Source: an uncultured Alphaproteobacteria bacterium (GTDB taxonomy: Bacteria; Pseudomonadota; Alphaproteobacteria; HIMB59; GCA-002718135). From it: a stretch of DNA of 64,000 bases. The stretch is taken from contig CACMET010000002.1 in assembly GCA_902612825.1 (NCBI GenBank), positions 3,542-67,541 on the forward strand, written 5' to 3'. Positions 8,502 to 18,537 of this stretch are shown piece by piece; within the stretch, counting starts at the first letter, position 1; every line of letters begins with the position of its first letter. A program made the translations under genes and the position numbers. Below the pieces are notes generated by a model. It did not search any database. It was not told the DNA's origin and saw nothing but the letters and a program-made list of their open reading frames with translations.

Positions 8502-9818
8502 TTATTCTTGGATACGGGCATAAATCCTAGGCATATAGACAAACAGAGTGAGTGCTCTTGCAATAAAGAAAAGGCAGAGAGATAACCATAATCCTGTATT
8601 GCCAAAACTTGCTATTAAAAAGAAAGAGACAACAATATAGATGGCGACAGATACGATCATCGCATTTCGTAGTTCTGTTGTTTGCGAAGCACCAACAAAA
8701 ATACCATCAAATTGAAAACAAAAAGAAGCTGCAAAAGGAATGATAATTACCCAGTAGGAGAATGAAAAACTAATCTCTCGAATATCAGGTAAATCAGTCA
8801 TCGTAATAATGAAATAATTTTTACTAAAGAAAAAAATTACACATATCACCAGACCGGTTGCTGTACTTAAGATAAAGGAATGTTTTATGACATCTCTTAA
8901 TAATTGTTTATTTTTTGATCCAATAGAATACCCAACAATACCCTCTGTAGAGAAAGCATAAGCATCAAGAACATAAGCGGATAACATAATAAAATTCAGC
9001 AAAATGGTATTTGCTGCTACTGTTTCTTCACTGATAGAATTACCAAGATAGGTAAAATATAAAAAGGCAAAAGCCAGAAGAAGAGATCGGATAAATATAT
9101 TAAGATTAATATTAAAAATATTTTTTACTTTACTAAAATTAAAAATTTTTTTTGAATTAAATTCTAATTTAGTTATCTTGCTTAGATCATAGAAAGTATA
9201 GAATAAAAAGATTATTGTAGTCAGTGTTGAAGCTACGAGTGTCCCCAAGGCAACACCCAAAACATTTAAATTAAAATATAAAACAAAGACTAAACTTAAA
9301 ATTATATTGGCAATAGAATAAAACCCGACAATAAGGCTAGATGTTTTTGTTTTTTGTAAACCAATAAACAATCCTGTGATCACAAAAATCGTTAGCTCGC
9401 CAAAAGAGGAGTAAATACGAAAGGTAAAATAATCTTTAAAATATATTTTTGTTTCCTGTGATAACTCAAAAATAGATAAGGAAATATTGTATATGTATGT
9501 TTGAAGAATAACTAAGAGGAGTGAAATAATAATAACAAAAGCAATATTACGTAAAAAAATATTTACGATTTCTTCATAATCTTTTGATCCATCTGCTTGT
9601 GCGATCATTCCAACCGTACCTGATCGTAAAAAACCAAAACTCCCAAAAAGAATGGAAAAGACACTGGCCGCAATACTAGTCGCAACCAAGTAACTAGCAT
9701 TATCAAGATTACCCATTAAACCCGTATCAACAATAGCCACAAAAGGAATGACTAAATTTGCAAAAAAAATAGGGATAGATAATTTAAAAATATTTTGGAT
9801 GGATGATTTTGAAGACAT
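8502..9818 (-). CDS. MATE-family efflux transporter
   Basis: 438 aa, ~12 predicted hydrophobic helices. N-terminal IPIFFANLVIPFVAIVDTGLMG pattern typical of MATE/DinF. Confidence 0.8.
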   Translation of the reverse strand: MSSKSSIQNIFKLSIPIFFANLVIPFVAIVDTGLMGNLDNASYLVATSIAASVFSILFGSFGFLRSGTVGMIAQADGSKDYEEIVNIFLRNIAFVIIISLLLVILQTYIYNISLSIFELSQETKIYFKDYFTFRIYSSFGELTIFVITGLFIGLQKTKTSSLIVGFYSIANIILSLVFVLYFNLNVLGVALGTLVASTLTTIIFLFYTFYDLSKITKLEFNSKKIFNFSKVKNIFNINLNIFIRSLLLAFAFLYFTYLGNSISEETVAANTILLNFIMLSAYVLDAYAFSTEGIVGYSIGSKNKQLLRDVIKHSFILSTATGLVICVIFFFSKNYFIITMTDLPDIREISFSFSYWVIIIPFAASFCFQFDGIFVGASQTTELRNAMIVSVAIYIVVSFFLIASFGNTGLWLSLCLFFIARALTLFVYMPRIYARIQE

Positions 9819-9937
9819 TTTTAGTTTAGCAAGAATTTATATTAGTAAAATTTGATAATAAGTAATTAAGGCTACTTTCTTATCAAAATATTCACTATCT
9901 TTATTTATCAAATCTTATAAAGCATTACATACTTTAA

Positions 9938-10417
9938 ATGAAAATTGGCAGATACAAATACGAGTTTGATTTCTTTAGTTGGATCAAAAAAACTGAGCTA
10001 GTAGAACTAGATGGTGTTAATCCATCTGATGATCCAGTGCGCCCAGAACTTGATAATGACTTTCGTACATCAAAAGGAAGAAAAATTTTTGGGCTCAAAT
10101 ATAAGGATGATATCGAGGGTATTGCGTGCTTCGCCTTTACAAATGAAATACCCGCAACAATTAAAGAAATGGATTTGATGAGTGTTGAAGAAGATCAAGC
10201 AACCATTCCAATCGCCTATACGTTATGGTCTTTTAAAAAAGGGGCAGGGAAAAAAATTATGAAAGAGCTACAAAAATATATCAAATCAAAAGAGCAGTTT
10301 GAAAGTATCATTACCATTTCGCCTTTAACTCCTGTTGCTACACACTATCACATTCGAAATGGCGCAAGATTAATTAAGATTAACCCTACAACACAGAACT
10401 TCGAATATAAAATTTAA
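9938..10417 (+). CDS. Hypothetical protein, possibly GNAT-fold
   Basis: 159 aa. SFKKGAGKKIMKEL resembles the acetyl-CoA-binding Q/RxxGxG/A motif. Otherwise unrecognised. Confidence 0.4.
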   Translation: MKIGRYKYEFDFFSWIKKTELVELDGVNPSDDPVRPELDNDFRTSKGRKIFGLKYKDDIEGIACFAFTNEIPATIKEMDLMSVEEDQATIPIAYTLWSFKKGAGKKIMKELQKYIKSKEQFESIITISPLTPVATHYHIRNGARLIKINPTTQNFEYKI

Positions 10418-10426
10418 GACATAGGG

Positions 10427-10458
10427 GTTCAAAAAGTATTATTTGAACTATTTATTTT
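10427..10458 (+). terminator. Putative intrinsic terminator
   Basis: GTTCAAA-N8-TTTGAAC hairpin followed by a T-rich tract (TATTTATTTT). Confidence 0.45.
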
Positions 10459-10489
10459 ACAAATCGAAACAAAATAAATATTGTTGGAA

Positions 10490-11596
10490 ATGGCCTACCA
10501 GATAAATACTAATTATTCCGTTACTTTTGATGATGTTCTGCTCTCACCAGCGTATTCAGAGATAAAACCAAAAGATGTAGATACGTCGATTACCATTGGA
10601 AAAGTCAAATTACATATTCCTATACTCTCTGCTGCTATGGATACTGTGACAGAGAATAAGATGGCTATCAATCTCGCACTAAATGGTGGTCTTGGTGTTA
10701 TTCACCGTAATATGCCAATTGATAAACAAGCAAGTGAAGTCAAAAAAGTTCATAGTTTTAAAGTTAACAATAAAAAATTTCAAAATGCTGTAATTAATTC
10801 TAACAAAAAGATTGCAGTAGGAGCAGCAATTGGTGTTGAAAATAATGCTTACTTACGATTATTAGAATTATTAAAAGTCGGCGTTGATATAGTCTTTATT
10901 GATGTTGCTCATGCACATACAAAAACAACTTTACAGTTTATTGAAAAAGCAAAAAAAGTTTTAAAGAAAACCCCTCTTATAGTTGGAAATATTGCTACAA
11001 AAAAAGCTGCATCAGATTTAATTAGTGCTGGTGTTGATGCTATCAAAGTAGGTATTGGACCAGGATCAATTTGTACTACAAGAGTTGTAACTGGTGTTGG
11101 TATTCCTCAACTCTCAGCTGTGATGGATACATTTCAAGTTGCCAAAAAATTTAAAATTCCAGTAATTGCAGATGGAGGAATAAAAACATCAGGTGATATT
11201 GCAAAAGCTATAGCAGGTGGCGCAAGTGCTTGCATGATAGGCTCTTTATTTGCCGGCACTGAAGAGTCACCAGGAAAATTATTAACGATTAAAGGTAAAA
11301 AATTTAAATCATATAGAGGTATGGGTTCTGTAGGAGCAATGCAAAAAGGGTCTTTTGATCGATACTCCCAAGAAGAAACAAAGAATTCAAAAAAATTAGT
11401 GGCAGAAGGTGTGGAAGGTATGGTTCCATATAAAGGTAAAATAGAAGATGTAGCATATCAACTTGTTGGTGGTTTAAAATCTTCTATGGGGTACACTGGT
11501 CATAAAACGATTAAGAAAATGCAGGGTAACTGTAAATTTGTCTTTATTTCAAAAGCAGGAGCCCGTGAAAGTAATGTCCACGATGTCATTATGTAA
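10490..11596 (+). CDS. guaB: IMP dehydrogenase lacking the CBS/Bateman subdomain
   Basis: ~368 aa. Motifs [20 protein letters not shown] catalytic loop, [18 protein letters not shown]. The CBS pair is replaced by a ~20-aa linker. Track start TTG 10481; ATG 10490 preferred. Confidence 0.8.
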   Translation: MAYQINTNYSVTFDDVLLSPAYSEIKPKDVDTSITIGKVKLHIPILSAAMDTVTENKMAINLALNGGLGVIHRNMPIDKQASEVKKVHSFKVNNKKFQNAVINSNKKIAVGAAIGVENNAYLRLLELLKVGVDIVFIDVAHAHTKTTLQFIEKAKKVLKKTPLIVGNIATKKAASDLISAGVDAIKVGIGPGSICTTRVVTGVGIPQLSAVMDTFQVAKKFKIPVIADGGIKTSGDIAKAIAGGASACMIGSLFAGTEESPGKLLTIKGKKFKSYRGMGSVGAMQKGSFDRYSQEETKNSKKLVAEGVEGMVPYKGKIEDVAYQLVGGLKSSMGYTGHKTIKKMQGNCKFVFISKAGARESNVHDVIM

Positions 11597-11638
11597 TAAT
11601 GTATCGAATCATCATTGAATTGATACAATAAAATAAAA

Positions 11639-12130
11639 ATGGTTTCAGCATCAACAAAACATAAAGTAGCAATTGTGATGGGTAGTAAGTCTGATTATGC
11701 TACCATGAAAAATTGTGAAAAAATTTTAAAATTACTGAAAGTTAAGTTTGAAACTAAAATTGTTTCTGCACACCGCACACCAGAGAGAATGTTTAAATTT
11801 GCCAAATCAGCGGAAGATAATAATATTTCTGTCATTATTGCTGGTGCTGGAGGCTCTGCACATTTACCAGGAATGATTGCATCATTGACAACTATACCTG
11901 TAATCGGTGTACCAGTAGAAAGTCGTAAATTAAAAGGATTGGATAGTTTATTATCAATAGTACAAATGCCTAAAGGTATTCCTGTTGGTAGTGTAGCAAT
12001 CGGTGAAGACGGCGCAATGAATGCTGGTTTATATGCAGCGTCCATTATTGCTCTTACGAATAAAGAAATTAAGAAAAATCTAAAAAATTATCGAAGTAAA
12101 CAATCAAAAGCTGTTAAACAAAAACCATAA
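11639..12130 (+). CDS. purE: N5-carboxyaminoimidazole ribonucleotide mutase
   Basis: 163 aa. [19 protein letters not shown] and GGSAHLPGM motifs. Confidence 0.9.
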   Translation: MVSASTKHKVAIVMGSKSDYATMKNCEKILKLLKVKFETKIVSAHRTPERMFKFAKSAEDNNISVIIAGAGGSAHLPGMIASLTTIPVIGVPVESRKLKGLDSLLSIVQMPKGIPVGSVAIGEDGAMNAGLYAASIIALTNKEIKKNLKNYRSKQSKAVKQKP

Positions 12131-12133
12131 GTC

Positions 12134-13177
12134 ATGAATACACCCACACTTGGCATTATCGGTGGTGGACAATTAGGAAGTCTTTTAGCAGACGCTGCAA
12201 AAAAAATAGATATACAAACCGTCATATTAAGTGATGATCCTGATGCACCCGGAAAACACTTTGCGACTAAATTTATTTTTGGTCAGTATAATGATGATAC
12301 AACGATAAATAATTTTATTAATGCAGTTGATGTTGTTACATATGAGTTTGAAAATATTCCCTTTGCAATATTAAAAAAAATTAATGAAAAGAAAAAAGTT
12401 TTACCAAAACCTGAAATTAATCAACTCATTCAACACCGAGAAACGGAAAAAAAATTTCTAAATGATAATAATATAACAACAACAAAATATGTAACTGTCA
12501 AAAATGAAAAAGATTTAAGTGAAAATGCAGACTTGTTTCCTGGTTTGTTAAAAACCACAACGTTAGGATACGATGGTAAAGGTCAGTATAAATTAAACAC
12601 TGTAGATGATATTATGAAAGAGATTGATTTTACAAAAGAATATATTTTAGAAAAACTCATTCAACTTAAAAAAGAAATTTCAGTCGTCATTACTCGTTTT
12701 GATCAAAATAGTTATGAGATTTATGATCCTATTGAGAATGTTCATGAAGAACAAATTTTAAAATATTCAACAATACCAAGTGATATCTCTGATGACATAC
12801 GAGTAAAATCAATTGAGTGGGCAAAGCAAGTTGTAGAAAAATTAGATTATATTGGAACGTTATGTGTAGAATTTTTTATTGATACTGATGATAATTTATA
12901 TGCTAACGAAATTGCTCCTCGTGTTCATAATTCTGGACATCTTACAATGAACTCTCATAATATTAGTCAATTTGAAAATCATGTACGAGCAGTATGTGGC
13001 TTAGAAAAAATTGAGACAAAAAAATTGTATAATGCCAAAATGATTAATTTAATTGGTGATGATATAACACCGTATCGAAATAAAACATTTAAAGATAACG
13101 AATTTTTTTATGATTATTTAAAAAAAGAAATTAAACAAAAAAGAAAAATGGGTCATTTAACGATTATAGAAAAATAA
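12134..13177 (+). CDS. purK: N5-carboxyaminoimidazole ribonucleotide synthase
   Basis: 347 aa ATP-grasp protein. LGIIGGGQLG N-terminus and NEIAPRVHNSGH motif. Immediately follows purE. Confidence 0.9.
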   Translation: MNTPTLGIIGGGQLGSLLADAAKKIDIQTVILSDDPDAPGKHFATKFIFGQYNDDTTINNFINAVDVVTYEFENIPFAILKKINEKKKVLPKPEINQLIQHRETEKKFLNDNNITTTKYVTVKNEKDLSENADLFPGLLKTTTLGYDGKGQYKLNTVDDIMKEIDFTKEYILEKLIQLKKEISVVITRFDQNSYEIYDPIENVHEEQILKYSTIPSDISDDIRVKSIEWAKQVVEKLDYIGTLCVEFFIDTDDNLYANEIAPRVHNSGHLTMNSHNISQFENHVRAVCGLEKIETKKLYNAKMINLIGDDITPYRNKTFKDNEFFYDYLKKEIKQKRKMGHLTIIEK

Positions 13178-13187
13178 ATTATTAAAT

Positions 13188-14084
13188 TTAATTAAATTGA
13201 TCAGTTAACTTTGTTACCAGTTGATATTTGTTGGCAACATTTACTAAATCTTCTCCTTCACGAAAAGATTGTTTATCTAATTGTTTAGTTGGATCTCCTC
13301 CAGGCCATATTCGCCAACTATCATTATCAACAACATCAGATAAAACTAACGAATTATCTGATACTTTAAAACCAAGCTCAAACTTAATATCTACTAAATG
13401 TATAGGACCATCAATCGTCTCAATAGTTTTCCATTTGTTTTCAATAAGCTCAAAACTTGGAAGAATAATTCCGTTAATAGCTATTTCTAATTCTTGATCA
13501 GACAATAATTTTTTAGTTTTCATCAAGCTTTTGCTTGTAACGGGTTGTTTGGCCGAAAATAACTCCCATTCTTCTGCAGTTTTTACAAATGGATCCGTAA
13601 ATACACCCTCTTCCCATTTTCCATCTTTTAAAAATTGTTTTCTTGCTTCACTCTCATCCATTTGAACAGGTTTTAAAACATGCGGAGGGATAACAACGGC
13701 TTGTTTATGAAATATTTCCCAAACTAAGTTTTCAAATTGATGAGGATTACTTTTATCTTTTGCAAACTGAGTGTTTCTACTTAAATAACTTCCCCATGCA
13801 TAGCGTCTTACTACAAATTCTAAAGGAAGCATATTACAGTTATAGCTTAAAAGACTATTTGGCGAATCTTGTTCAATAAATGATGTAGCAATGCCTGCCT
13901 TGGTTAGCATGCTAAAAACATTACTTGTTTGTTTTGTCTTTTGAATTCCAATATCTTTAATTTCTTCCTTCTTAGCTGCATCCCCACCAGTTAAAAAATC
14001 TTTTGTTACAATTCGAATGATATTTTGATCATTTGTTTTCTCAATTATTTTTGTTTTTCCTTCAACTAAATATGAATTACTCAT
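13188..14084 (-). CDS. purC: SAICAR synthetase
   Basis: Track ORF extends to 14126. Preferred start is ATG 14084 (GGAG 8 nt upstream), overlapping the purD stop by 8 nt. LVDIKFELG motif. Confidence 0.85.
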   Translation of the reverse strand: MSNSYLVEGKTKIIEKTNDQNIIRIVTKDFLTGGDAAKKEEIKDIGIQKTKQTSNVFSMLTKAGIATSFIEQDSPNSLLSYNCNMLPLEFVVRRYAWGSYLSRNTQFAKDKSNPHQFENLVWEIFHKQAVVIPPHVLKPVQMDESEARKQFLKDGKWEEGVFTDPFVKTAEEWELFSAKQPVTSKSLMKTKKLLSDQELEIAINGIILPSFELIENKWKTIETIDGPIHLVDIKFELGFKVSDNSLVLSDVVDNDSWRIWPGGDPTKQLDKQSFREGEDLVNVANKYQLVTKLTDQFN

Positions 14085-15354
14085 CAATATATCTCCAGCC
14101 AATATCTTTTCGATAATATCCCTCATCCCAATTAATTTGATTGATTATATTGTGAATATTTTCTCTAATAATTTTTAAATCCTTACCCGTATTAGAGATA
14201 TTTAAAACTCGCCCACCATTAGAGAGCCATTGGTTTTCTTTAAGCATTGTTCCTGCATGAAATAGATACTCATCTTTTGTTAAAGTAAGATTTTCCAAAT
14301 TATTAATTGGTGTCCATTTTTTATAATTCTCAGGATAACCATTAGCAGCCATTACTACTGTCATGGCATAATCATTTTTCCACTTAATTTTTTTTATTTC
14401 ATTTAAGGTGCCTATCGCTGATGCATGAAGGAGTTCTAATAAATCTGTTTCTAATAGTGGAATAATTGCTTGTGTTTCAGGATCGCCGAAACGAACATTA
14501 ATTTCGAGCAAATTTGGACCCTTATCTGTTAGAATTAATCCTGCATAAAACATTCCTTGATAGTTGATGCCTTGTTCAGCAAGATGTTGAACGATAGGCT
14601 CAACAAATGTTTTGGATAATTCATTCATTTTATTTGATGAAATAGAAGGAACAGGTGTGTAGGCTCCCATACCACCTGTGTTTAACCCTTTTTCTCCTTC
14701 TAAGATTTTTTTATGATCTTGTGCTGTTGTAAGAGGTAATACAAATCCATTTTTATCAACAAGTGAAAATAAACTTACCTCTTCACCAACTAAAAACTCC
14801 TCAATAACAACAACTGAACCAGCATCACCAAAAGAATTATCTTTAAAACATTTAATCAGTGCATCTTTTGCATCTTCCATTGTTTGACAAATAATAACTC
14901 CTTTTCCTGCTGCCAAACCATCAGCTTTAATAACAAGAGGATAGGATTGGTTTTGACAAAAATTCAAAGCATCATCATAGTTCTCAAATACGTCATAAGC
15001 AGCTGTTGCAATATTTAATTTTTTACAAATATCTTTTGTAAACTTTTTTGATTTTTCTAGCTCTGCTCCCATCTGATCAGGACCAAAAACTAATATAGAA
15101 TTCTTCATTAAGAGATTCGATAATCCTTTAGTTAAAGGAAGTTCTGGACCAATTACGACAAGATCAATTTCACTTTCTAAACAAAATTGAAGAATAGCAT
15201 CATGATCATCAACATCTGTGATAATCGAAGAAGCAATATCACTGATACTATCACTTCCAGGAATACAATATAAATTAGAACAATTAGGAGATTGTTTTAT
15301 ACCATAACATAGTGCGTGCTCTCTTCCACCATTACCAATGACAAGAACGTTCAT
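14077..15354 (-). CDS. purD: Phosphoribosylamine-glycine ligase
   Basis: 425 aa. MNVLVIGNGGREHAL N-terminus and ATP-grasp pattern. Confidence 0.9.
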   Translation of the reverse strand: MNVLVIGNGGREHALCYGIKQSPNCSNLYCIPGSDSISDIASSIITDVDDHDAILQFCLESEIDLVVIGPELPLTKGLSNLLMKNSILVFGPDQMGAELEKSKKFTKDICKKLNIATAAYDVFENYDDALNFCQNQSYPLVIKADGLAAGKGVIICQTMEDAKDALIKCFKDNSFGDAGSVVVIEEFLVGEEVSLFSLVDKNGFVLPLTTAQDHKKILEGEKGLNTGGMGAYTPVPSISSNKMNELSKTFVEPIVQHLAEQGINYQGMFYAGLILTDKGPNLLEINVRFGDPETQAIIPLLETDLLELLHASAIGTLNEIKKIKWKNDYAMTVVMAANGYPENYKKWTPINNLENLTLTKDEYLFHAGTMLKENQWLSNGGRVLNISNTGKDLKIIRENIHNIINQINWDEGYYRKDIGWRYIDE

Positions 15355-15374
15355 GAAAAAAAATAATTCATTAA

Positions 15375-16862
15375 TTAATTATTTGAAGCAAGACTTAAAA
15401 AAGATAGTTTTTTTAAACTTTCGTCATTCAAGTAATCTAAAGGTCTGACTGGATACTCTCCTGTAAAATAATGATCAGTAAATTGAGGATTATCGTTATC
15501 TCTCTCATCATAACCAAGAGCTTGATACAGACCATCTAACGATAAAAATTTTAATGATTTAGCTCCAATATATTTACACATTTCCTCTATATTTTTGTTT
15601 GCAGCCAATAATTCTTCTTGAGTGGGAGTATCAACTCCATAAAAATCAGGATATTTAATTGCAGGTGAAGCAATACGCATATGGACTTCTTTTGCACCAA
15701 AATCATAAAGCATTTTTATTATCTTAGTGGATGTTGTTCCTCGAACCAATGAGTCGTCAATTAAAACAACTTTCTTTTTTTTAATAGAACTTTGGTTAGG
15801 ATTTAGTTTTAACTTTACACCTAAACTTCTAATTTGCTGAGTTGGTTCAATAAATGTCCTCCCAACATAATGATTTCGTATTAATCCTAACTCAAAAGGA
15901 ATACCAGACTCTTGACTAAAACCAAGCGCAGCAGGAACACCTGAGTCTGGAACTGGTACGACTACATCAGGTTTTATATCGGTTTCTTTTGCTAAGTATG
16001 TACCTAAATTTTTTCTATATTCATAGGCGGTTTTATTTTTTAAAATACTATCTGGCCGCGAAAAATAAATATATTCAAATACACATGGTTTGATTTGTTT
16101 TTTTGGAAAAGGTCTTCTACTTTCAACTTTATTATCTTTTATAACTACAACTTCTCCGTTTTCAATTTCACGGATAAATTTTGCACCTATAATGTCTAGA
16201 GCGCAAGTTTCAGAGGCAAGGATAAATGCATTTTTAAATTTACCTAAAACAAGTGGTCGAATACCTAATGGATCTCTTGCACCAATCAACGTACCATTAG
16301 CAATAATTGATAAAGCATAACCACCTTGAATTTGCATTAAAGCATCAATAATTTTATTTAAAATATCTTTCTTTTTTGAACGAGCTACAAGCTGAACAAT
16401 TGTTTCGGTATCTGATGTTGTTTGAAATATTGCACCTTCACGTACCATTTGCTCTCTTAAAAGTAGTGCATTAGTTAAATTACCATTATGAGCAATACTA
16501 ATAGCTCCACCATGAAGGTCAGCATAAAAAGGTTGTATATTCCTTATTGTTTCACCGCCTGTTGTTGAATAGCGATTGTGTCCTATCGCAATTTTTCCCT
16601 TTAACTTGTCTAATGAGTGTTTCTTCGTAAAATTATCGCCAACCAATCCAAATTTTCTTTCTGAGTGATAGGAGTTGCCATCATAACTTACAATTCCACA
16701 ACCTTCTTGACCACGATGTTGCAACGCATGCAAACCAAGAGCTGTTAAGGCAGCAGCATCCTTGGTTCCACTTATTCCAAATACACCACACTCCTCATTA
16801 AATCTGGGAACATGAGATTGCCTTACCTCGAATTTTTTTAGGAAATTTTGTCGATTTTTCAT
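15375..16862 (-). CDS. purF: Amidophosphoribosyltransferase
   Basis: 495 aa. CGVFGI Ntn nucleophile after a short propeptide. PRTase motif VVLIDDSLVRGTT. Confidence 0.9.
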   Translation of the reverse strand: MKNRQNFLKKFEVRQSHVPRFNEECGVFGISGTKDAAALTALGLHALQHRGQEGCGIVSYDGNSYHSERKFGLVGDNFTKKHSLDKLKGKIAIGHNRYSTTGGETIRNIQPFYADLHGGAISIAHNGNLTNALLLREQMVREGAIFQTTSDTETIVQLVARSKKKDILNKIIDALMQIQGGYALSIIANGTLIGARDPLGIRPLVLGKFKNAFILASETCALDIIGAKFIREIENGEVVVIKDNKVESRRPFPKKQIKPCVFEYIYFSRPDSILKNKTAYEYRKNLGTYLAKETDIKPDVVVPVPDSGVPAALGFSQESGIPFELGLIRNHYVGRTFIEPTQQIRSLGVKLKLNPNQSSIKKKKVVLIDDSLVRGTTSTKIIKMLYDFGAKEVHMRIASPAIKYPDFYGVDTPTQEELLAANKNIEEMCKYIGAKSLKFLSLDGLYQALGYDERDNDNPQFTDHYFTGEYPVRPLDYLNDESLKKLSFLSLASNN

Positions 16863-16863
16863 C

Positions 16864-17445
16864 TTACTGTTGTCTTGTTAAAAGTGTTTTCGCAACCATC
16901 TGTAATGCTTTTGGATAAACCTTATGCTCTTCTATCAATATTTTTTTTGAGAGTGATTCGGTATTATCTTTCTTCAAAATCTTTACTTTTTTTTGCAATA
17001 TAATCTTTCCAGAGTCAATTTTAGTGCTTACGTAATGAACACTACAACCAGAATAGCTCGCTTTAGCCTTTATGGCCTGATCCTGAGCATTTAAGCCTTT
17101 GAAAGCTGGAAGATAAGATGGATGAATATTGATTAATCGTGATTGCCAGTGTCTTACAAATTTTGAATCTAAAACTTGCATAAAACCAGCCAAACAAATG
17201 ATATCTATATTTTTTAGATACTTCATGACTTTGTTTTCGAAATTTTTTCTTGGTATAAAATGTATGAATGGAATTTTATTTTTTTTGGCAATAGTTAAAC
17301 CTTTTGCTTTGGAATTATTAGAAACGACTAATTGAACCTCTACTAAACTTTGTTTTGTAAATGATGATTGTATTAGTGATTCTAAATTGGAACCTCTTCC
17401 CGATATAAAAATAGCAACTTGTAATTTTTTCAACTTATTATGCAC
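16864..17445 (-). CDS. purN: Phosphoribosylglycinamide formyltransferase
   Basis: 193 aa. ISGRGSNL and INIHPSYLP motifs. Confidence 0.85.
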   Translation of the reverse strand: MHNKLKKLQVAIFISGRGSNLESLIQSSFTKQSLVEVQLVVSNNSKAKGLTIAKKNKIPFIHFIPRKNFENKVMKYLKNIDIICLAGFMQVLDSKFVRHWQSRLINIHPSYLPAFKGLNAQDQAIKAKASYSGCSVHYVSTKIDSGKIILQKKVKILKKDNTESLSKKILIEEHKVYPKALQMVAKTLLTRQQ

Positions 17446-18464
17446 CTTGATGATTTGTTAACTTCTATTTTCCCAATTTCAAAAATATCTAAATTTTCAT
17501 CTTTTATTAATTGCTCAAATTCTTTGTAATTATTTTTTGAAATAGTCATTATCAAACCTAATCCACAATTAAAGGTCTTCAACATTTCTTCATCTGAAAT
17601 GTTAGCTAAACTTTGAAACCATTGGAAAATTTCTTCATTGCAAATAAATTTTTTATCAATCCTTGCTGATAAATTTTCAGAGAGCATTCTTGATGCATTA
17701 CCAATAATGCCTCCGCCTGTTATATGCGAAATACCGTTTATAAGATTTGTTGTTAAAATTTTTTTCAAAAAAGGAAAATATAATTTTGTTGGAGCCATTA
17801 AGGCTGCTGCATTTGTTTCATAAGATGATTTAAATTCTGTTTCTTTATGTAGATCTATATTTTTATCTTTTAAAACTTTTCGAATGAGAGAATATCCATT
17901 TGAATGAAAGCCCGAAGATCTAATCCCATAAAGAAGATCATCTTCTTTCATAACATCTCTTTTAGGTAGAATTTTTTTTCTCTCTACTGCACCAACACAA
18001 AATCCAGCAAAATCGAAATCATCTTTTTTATAAAGCCCAGGCATCTCTGCTGTTTCACCACCAATAAGAGAGCAATTATTTATCTTGCAAGCTTCAGTGA
18101 TACTTTTCATAATTTTTAAAAAAGAATTTTTATCAATCTTCGAAGAAGCATAGTAATCTAAAAAAAATAATGGCTCTGCCCCATGGCAAAGAATATCATT
18201 AAGGCACATACCAACAAGATCATGACCCAAACCATCTAAAATGTCAGTTTCAATTCCTAGTAATATTTTTGTCCCTATGCCATCTGTACCAGAGACCAAT
18301 AAAGGATCTTTATATCCACAATTTTTAAGATCAAAAATACCACCAAATCCGCCAATTTTATCAAAATTTCCGTTTCTGTTTGTTGATTTGCTTAGCTCAG
18401 AAATATCTTCAACAAGGGCATCTGTATTTTCTATATCAACACCTGCTTCTTTATATGTTGTCAT
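17430..18464 (-). CDS. purM: AIR synthetase
   Basis: 344 aa. YKEAGVDI and GTDGIGTK motifs. Overlaps the purN start by 16 nt. Confidence 0.9.
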   Translation of the reverse strand: MTTYKEAGVDIENTDALVEDISELSKSTNRNGNFDKIGGFGGIFDLKNCGYKDPLLVSGTDGIGTKILLGIETDILDGLGHDLVGMCLNDILCHGAEPLFFLDYYASSKIDKNSFLKIMKSITEACKINNCSLIGGETAEMPGLYKKDDFDFAGFCVGAVERKKILPKRDVMKEDDLLYGIRSSGFHSNGYSLIRKVLKDKNIDLHKETEFKSSYETNAAALMAPTKLYFPFLKKILTTNLINGISHITGGGIIGNASRMLSENLSARIDKKFICNEEIFQWFQSLANISDEEMLKTFNCGLGLIMTISKNNYKEFEQLIKDENLDIFEIGKIEVNKSSRCIIS

Positions 18465-18537
18465 ATTTAATTAGTTTTAAACGAATCGTTAACGAGTAAA
18501 CTATTAATATAGTAAATTAAGTTGATTCGTACTCATA

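Noticed and set aside
11695-12045. 116-aa minus-strand ORF
   Set aside because: Antisense to purE, whose motifs are unambiguous.
18465-18537. Possible riboswitch or regulatory element in the purM/purL divergent spacer (contains GAATC at 18483 and GATTC at 18524 and a short ACGA-A-TCGT palindrome)
   Set aside because: The spacer is too short for any known purine/ZTP aptamer. Two GANTC sites and a 4-bp palindrome are not distinguishable from chance without genome-wide statistics.
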